Shown: positions 59,252 to 64,000 of the stretch, one piece after another
How positions within the stretch are numbered: position 1 is the stretch's first letter
Layout of the letters: every line of letters starts with the position of its first letter
Assembly: GCA_002399235.1 (NCBI GenBank)
Contig: DHDH01000001.1
Coordinates: 24,594 to 88,593, forward strand
DNA: 64,000 bases
DNA from: Firmicutes bacterium UBA4881
Lineage (GTDB): Bacteria > Bacillota > DTU065
Direction: 5' to 3'
Notes under the pieces: generated by a model
Told to the model about the DNA's origin: nothing
Databases searched by the model: none
What the model saw: the letters and a program-made list of their open reading frames with translations, nothing else
Position numbers and translations under genes: made by a program

Positions 59252-60364
59252 TCAGGGCTCCCTTAATAATAGTTTTAATAGTTCTTCTCTTGTATTAAGA
59301 TTAGGGTTTTCACGAACATAAAAGGCTAATTTATTTAGGGTTTTGCCAACTATAGGTCCCTTACCCTTGACTTTGATAATATCACTTCCACTTATAGCAA
59401 GATCGTGTGGAAAAATTGGCGTTTTAGCGAGTGCTTTAGCTTGAGGTGTTAAGCCTCTCAAAATAAGCCAATCGTCTAGATACTCTCTACCTACATGGAA
59501 GCAGAGATGTCTTAGTTCTGTAGTAGTTTTTGGAAGAGGGTAATTGGTTAGGACTTTATTTATGTGATTTAATTTTTGCCGAGATAAAGTTAACTTATCA
59601 AAAAGCCAGGGGTTATCTTGAAGAACCAGACTAAGTCTTAATTCCTTTCGGAGAGGAAATTCTTCTAGTTTATCAGGTATTATTAACTTATAACCAAAAG
59701 CTTCTTTGGCAATTAGTGATAATTCTTTGAGCCCTCTAGTTGGCGCAATACCCATTAGTAGTTTGCTGAATTCTTCAGTGATTCGTTCTTTACTGATAAA
59801 ATGGAGTAGGTTAGCTTGGCTCTTCATTGCTTTTGCAGTTGCAGACTCAAGGGACCAATCAGAACCTAAGGAGGAGCAAAAACGGATACCTCTAAGGATT
59901 CTTAAGGCGTCTTCTTGGAACCTTTTCTGTGGTTTGCCAACGGTTTTAATTACTCTATTTTGCAGATCGATTTGACCTAAAAAGGGATCGTAGAGACCCC
60001 TTATAGGCGAATAAGCAATGGCATTAATGGTAAAATCTCGTCTAGCTAAATCATCAAGTATTCTTGGGGAAAAGGTAACATTAGTAGGCCGCCTTCTATC
60101 ACAATAAGGTCCATCTTTTCGAAAGGTTGTTACTTCCACTGGTGCTTCGCTTAATACAGTAACAGTACCAAACTTAATTCCAGTAGAGGCAGTGTGGGGG
60201 AAAAGGGCTATAATACTAGTGGGCAAAGCTTGGGTAGCGATATCATAGTCATGAGGAGTGCGACCTAATAAATTATCGCGTACAGAGCCCCCAACAACAT
60301 AACTTTCGTATCCAGCATTTTCTAAAGTCTGCAAGATGTCTAGCACATATTTAGGCAATTGCAT
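59252..60364 (-). CDS. cca: CCA tRNA nucleotidyltransferase
   Basis: VGGSVRD..DYD, RRDFTINA, EDALRILR, SKERI; flexible loop YCDRRRP present. Confidence 0.92.
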   Translation of the reverse strand: MQLPKYVLDILQTLENAGYESYVVGGSVRDNLLGRTPHDYDIATQALPTSIIALFPHTASTGIKFGTVTVLSEAPVEVTTFRKDGPYCDRRRPTNVTFSPRILDDLARRDFTINAIAYSPIRGLYDPFLGQIDLQNRVIKTVGKPQKRFQEDALRILRGIRFCSSLGSDWSLESATAKAMKSQANLLHFISKERITEEFSKLLMGIAPTRGLKELSLIAKEAFGYKLIIPDKLEEFPLRKELRLSLVLQDNPWLFDKLTLSRQKLNHINKVLTNYPLPKTTTELRHLCFHVGREYLDDWLILRGLTPQAKALAKTPIFPHDLAISGSDIIKVKGKGPIVGKTLNKLAFYVRENPNLNTREELLKLLLREP

Positions 60365-60415
60365 AATAACCCTCCAGATAAATTGATTTACTGAAGACTT
60401 AGGAGGAATAAAGTC

Positions 60416-60964
60416 TTGTTCACAGAGATACGTGATTGGCTAATAACAATTGGTGAAGCTGTTCTTTTAACAACATTTCTTATTTTTTTTGTTGCCCAAT
60501 CCTTTCTAGTTAAAGGGTATTCCATGGAACCTACCTTACACAACGGAGAGCGAGTAATGGTCGAAAAGATTAGTTATCGTTTTCGTCAGCCTAAAAGAGG
60601 TGAAATCGTTATAGTTAAAAACCCTTTACAAAAAGAGGAAAAATATATAAAAAGGATTATCGGCTTACCTGGCGATAAAATTGATATTAGAGAAGGTTCT
60701 TTGTATATTAATGATGTTTTACTCGATGAAGATTATATCGCTGAACCGATAGCTTTTTGGTATCAAAAAAGTTGTGAGGTTCCTCCTGGGCATGTTTATG
60801 TCTTAGGTGATAATCGTAATCATAGTGATGACAGTAGACGTATTGGACCTATACCTTTAGATCATGTGTTAGGTAGAGTTGCTTTTGTTTATTGGCCATT
60901 TAAAAATTTCGAACTTATCAAGCAGCCAGAAGTTTTATCTGGGTTAGAAGTATATAACCATTAA
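60416..60964 (+). CDS. lepB: Signal peptidase I
   Basis: SMEPTL, YIKRIIGLPGD, GDNRNHSDDSR. Confidence 0.95.
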   Translation: MFTEIRDWLITIGEAVLLTTFLIFFVAQSFLVKGYSMEPTLHNGERVMVEKISYRFRQPKRGEIVIVKNPLQKEEKYIKRIIGLPGDKIDIREGSLYINDVLLDEDYIAEPIAFWYQKSCEVPPGHVYVLGDNRNHSDDSRRIGPIPLDHVLGRVAFVYWPFKNFELIKQPEVLSGLEVYNH

Positions 60965-60988
60965 GAAAAAAAGGGGGAATCCCCTTTT

Positions 60989-62203
60989 TTATAATGATGT
61001 TCTTTTTTTGTAAGTAGGTAGTTCGAAGAGACTTTTTAAAACTAATGTTGCCGAACCAACAACTCCTGCAGAGACACCTAAATTAGAAGCACTAACTTTG
61101 AAATCCTCTCTATTGCAACTTATTGAATTCTCTTTGATTAAAGAGATAAGTTTTTCTGAGACAATATGTTGGGGTGGGCAGAGCAGACCACCTAATATAA
61201 CACGACTGGGATTTAACAGGTTTATAGCTGAGATAATACCTCTTGAGACATTGGAGATCATTTCATCAAGGAGATCACTACATAGTTTATCACCATTTAA
61301 AGCAGCTTCAATAAAGTTTTCCAAGTAAAGGCTATCTAAAGTCATGGATGTTGGTGTGCCATTTTTAATAGCTTCAGCTATTTTTAACATGACATGAGTC
61401 CCATCAGCAATGGGACCAAGACAACCTTTTAGTCCACAGCTACAGTTTGGTCCATGAGCATCAATACTCATATGCCCTAATTCACCAGCATTGCCATAGG
61501 CACCTCGATAGAGAACACCATCAATAATGAGTCCGGCCCCTAAGCCATAACCTAAGTAAACGTACAAGACATGGCGATCTTCTTCACCAACACCAAACCA
61601 AGTTTCGCCTAAAGCCATAGCGTTGACATCGTTTTCAACAACAAACGTGAGATGATGTCGGTATTTTTCTATTAAGGGTGTTAGATCGAGACTGTGCCAA
61701 TCATCGCCTAAAAGATAGCGAGTTGTTGTTCCTTCAACCAGGCCAAGAATTCCAATGCCAGCACCAACTAAACGATCAGATAATCCTTTTTCTTTTAGAA
61801 AGTTAAGAGAAAATTCGATTCCTTCGCTGATTTTGTCTAAAATAGCTTGACTGTCAGCTAGATTAACACTAGCTTCAAATTTTGTTAAGGGCTGACCGAT
61901 TAGGTTCACTGGTGCTACAAAGACACCATCATGATCGATACAAACACCGAGGGCGATTCGTCCATCAGGTATCAATTCTAATAAGATGGGTTTTCTTCCC
62001 GCTGCAGATTTGCCAACACCAATCTCCCGTACCATCCCGTTTTCGATTAGCTCAGCTACTAAGCTAGAGACAGTTGTAGGAGAAAGATTGGTTGCAGCGG
62101 TTAGATCGGCTCGAGATACGCCGGGGTTTTTTCTAATTAATTTAGATAAAAGTGATAGGTTCCATTCCTTCATTAACTGTAGGTTTGCAGTTCTAATTTC
62201 CAT
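60989..62203 (-). CDS. ROK-family transcriptional repressor
   Basis: HTH SRADL..LSPTTVS, GRKP, ENDVNAMALGE, AGELGH..CSCG..GC. Confidence 0.93.
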   Translation of the reverse strand: MEIRTANLQLMKEWNLSLLSKLIRKNPGVSRADLTAATNLSPTTVSSLVAELIENGMVREIGVGKSAAGRKPILLELIPDGRIALGVCIDHDGVFVAPVNLIGQPLTKFEASVNLADSQAILDKISEGIEFSLNFLKEKGLSDRLVGAGIGILGLVEGTTTRYLLGDDWHSLDLTPLIEKYRHHLTFVVENDVNAMALGETWFGVGEEDRHVLYVYLGYGLGAGLIIDGVLYRGAYGNAGELGHMSIDAHGPNCSCGLKGCLGPIADGTHVMLKIAEAIKNGTPTSMTLDSLYLENFIEAALNGDKLCSDLLDEMISNVSRGIISAINLLNPSRVILGGLLCPPQHIVSEKLISLIKENSISCNREDFKVSASNLGVSAGVVGSATLVLKSLFELPTYKKRTSL

Positions 62204-62409
62204 GTTATCACCATCTTTCGATTCGTAGTCTGACGCAAGATTCTACAATATTTCATTAATTCTACTTCACCGAGAGGTTTCCTTCAAAGCCAAAGGTTAA
62301 ACAGAGTTAGCTAGATAAATAAGGAAGAAATGAAGGGGAAAGCTAATTTTTAGTTGAATTTCTCTATGAGAGTTCTATTATTACCATGTATAAGGTATGC
62401 TAATGTGGA

Positions 62410-63069
62410 GTGAAGCAGATGGAAAAAGTTATCTATCGCTCTGTGGCCAAAGAGGCTAAGATAGAAATAATAGAAAAAAAGTCTCGCTTTCTAGGTCATG
62501 TGAAGCCAGTCCAGTCGAGCGAAGAAGCAGAAGCTTTTCTGCAGGAGATTCGTGCCAAGCACCCGACAGCTACCCATAACGTTTGGGCTTATAGATTAGG
62601 TTTATCAGGCGAACAACAAAGGTTTTCTGATGATGGCGAACCATCTCAGACCGCAGGTATGCCTACTTTAGATGTAATTCTTAAGCAAGATATAACCCAG
62701 TTAATTATTGTTACTACTCGTTATTTTGGTGGTATTTTGCTTGGCGCTGGAGGGTTAGTGCGAGCTTATAGCAAATCAGCTTCCGAAGCCATTCAAGCCG
62801 CTGGTATAACCGCCTATGTACAAAGAGCGAAATATAGAGTAACAGTAAGTTATAGTGAATGGGGTATTGTGGAAAACTTTTGCCAAAAAAGGCGTTGGGC
62901 ACTTTCAGAAGTCGAATATATGGAAAATGTATCGGTTACAGTAACTATTCCAGAATATGACAAAGAGGCATTGGTTTCTTTTTTACAAGATACTACTAGT
63001 GGAAGAGTAGAACCTACTTTTATGGCCAATGTTTATTTGCAAACTTCTTCCAATCGTCCCGACATTTAG
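62410..63069 (+). CDS. yigZ: YigZ/IMPACT family protein
   Basis: KKSRF, ATHNVWAY, SDDGEPSQTAG, TRYFGGILLGAGGLVRAY. Confidence 0.93.
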   Translation: MKQMEKVIYRSVAKEAKIEIIEKKSRFLGHVKPVQSSEEAEAFLQEIRAKHPTATHNVWAYRLGLSGEQQRFSDDGEPSQTAGMPTLDVILKQDITQLIIVTTRYFGGILLGAGGLVRAYSKSASEAIQAAGITAYVQRAKYRVTVSYSEWGIVENFCQKRRWALSEVEYMENVSVTVTIPEYDKEALVSFLQDTTSGRVEPTFMANVYLQTSSNRPDI

Positions 63070-63092
63070 AGGCGGTTTTTAATCTGACTAAC

Positions 63093-63192
63093 TTGCAGTC
63101 TCGACTAAGGCTATGTATAATGTTATAGACATTGATTAATTGCTTGATGCCAAGGACTTTTACTTGACGGAAAACAAGCAGAAGGATATAAT
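63093..63192 (+). promoter_or_regulatory. Tandem SigA promoters for yceD-rpmF
   Basis: TTGCAG-N17-TATAAT (63093-63121) and TTGACG-N17-TATAAT (63164-63192). Confidence 0.7.
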
Positions 63193-63285
63193 TAGAAAGT
63201 AATTGTCTGGACTCTAACCTCAGTTTTAGCTTGGAAGCATTCGCTAAAACGTAGAGTAGCAGATGGCTTAGTGCGAGGTGACCAG

Positions 63286-63825
63286 ATGATGCAAGATCTA
63301 AAAATTAGTATTGCTAAGCTTCAATCTGGCGAGGAAAGATCATTTAATATGGTTATACCGGCGAAGTCTTGCCAATTGCCAGAAGAACATGTAGAAGCAA
63401 TTCAGCCTATAGTTATCGAGGGTACAATTACCCATGCTGGCGATTTTTTTGTGCTACTGGCGAATGTTACTACTAGGCTTAGAATGCAGTGCACACGCTG
63501 TCTTGTTGAATTCGAAAAAGATGTTCATCTTGCTATTGAAGAGGAACTTCGAAAAGCTGAGGGTTCTGAAGATTTTGTCGAACTTTCAGGAGATGACGAC
63601 CTTTACTCCACATTTCTTGGCCACGAGATTGATGTAGGCCAGATTGCCTTGGAGCATTTGGTCCTAAGCCTGCCAATTAAAAGACTGTGCCACCCAGAAT
63701 GTCTTGGACTTTGTCCAATTTGTGGGCAGGATCGCAACAAAAATAAATGCGAATGTAAGGATGAGAATATCGATCCTAGGTTGCAGGCTTTGAAAAAAAT
63801 ACTTAATAAGGAAAACCAGTTCTAG
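63286..63825 (+). CDS. yceD: DUF177/YceD-family protein
   Basis: CTRCL, LCHPECLGLCPICG, DPRLQAL; located upstream of rpmF. Confidence 0.9.
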   Translation: MMQDLKISIAKLQSGEERSFNMVIPAKSCQLPEEHVEAIQPIVIEGTITHAGDFFVLLANVTTRLRMQCTRCLVEFEKDVHLAIEEELRKAEGSEDFVELSGDDDLYSTFLGHEIDVGQIALEHLVLSLPIKRLCHPECLGLCPICGQDRNKNKCECKDENIDPRLQALKKILNKENQF

Positions 63826-63837
63826 GAGGTGTAGACA

Positions 63838-64000
63838 ATGGCAGTACCAAAGAGACGAGTTTCTACTACACGTAAAGCTAAAAGACGTACAAATTGGAAG
63901 TTAGAAGGACCATCAATTAATGTTTGTCCAAGTTGTGGGGAGCCTAGACTACCACACCGTGCTTGTGCAAAATGTGGCGCATATAAAACCAAGCCTACTA
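63838..64000 (+). CDS. rpmF: 50S ribosomal protein L32 (partial, runs off the window)
   Basis: AGGAGG RBS; [22 protein letters not shown]...[17 protein letters not shown]. Confidence 0.95.
   Translation, partial: MAVPKRRVSTTRKAKRRTNWKLEGPSINVCPSCGEPRLPHRACAKCGAYKTKPT

Noticed and set aside
62221-62240. Imperfect palindrome upstream of the ROK gene as its operator
   Set aside because: Weak symmetry, and no second copy was found to support it.
433-63637. Many short antisense or alternate-frame ORFs in the track (for example 4210-4470, 23354-23815, 52645-53007)
   Set aside because: They lie within well-supported genes and have no RBS or motifs, so they are treated as shadow ORFs.
1-64000. CRISPR array, rRNA, intact prophage or integrase
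   Set aside because: No spaced direct-repeat array, rRNA sequence, phage structural gene or recombinase was seen.

Overview
AT-rich chromosomal window from a Bacillota (Firmicutes) bacterium, probably diderm (TolC-like proteins and an Omp85-type barrel) and spore-forming (SigK/SigF-type promoters, YjcZ-like peptide, yqhH/yqhG). About 1.3-9.3 kb, just downstream of tRNA-Pro(CGG), is a gene-poor accessory region. It holds a compact PARIS-like ATPase + DUF4435 pair, small sporulation-type genes, an IS21 end, an ankyrin lipoprotein and a decayed lipase-toxin fragment. Two paralogous six-gene MacAB-TolC-type exporter operons (9.5-16.3 kb, minus; 32.6-39.4 kb, plus) each encode two permeases and two different TolC-like subunits, one apparently lacking beta-barrel strands. 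Also notable are an S41 peptidase-POTRA-Omp85 barrel fusion, an 11-triplet TRAP-type site on trpP, and two paralogous J-like/TPR genes flanking T-box-regulated tyrS. The rest is largely housekeeping (mrfA-like helicase, mutS2, ogt, PBP1A, gltX, cca, lepB, yigZ, yceD, rpmF). All calls come from reading motifs by eye; no searches were run.
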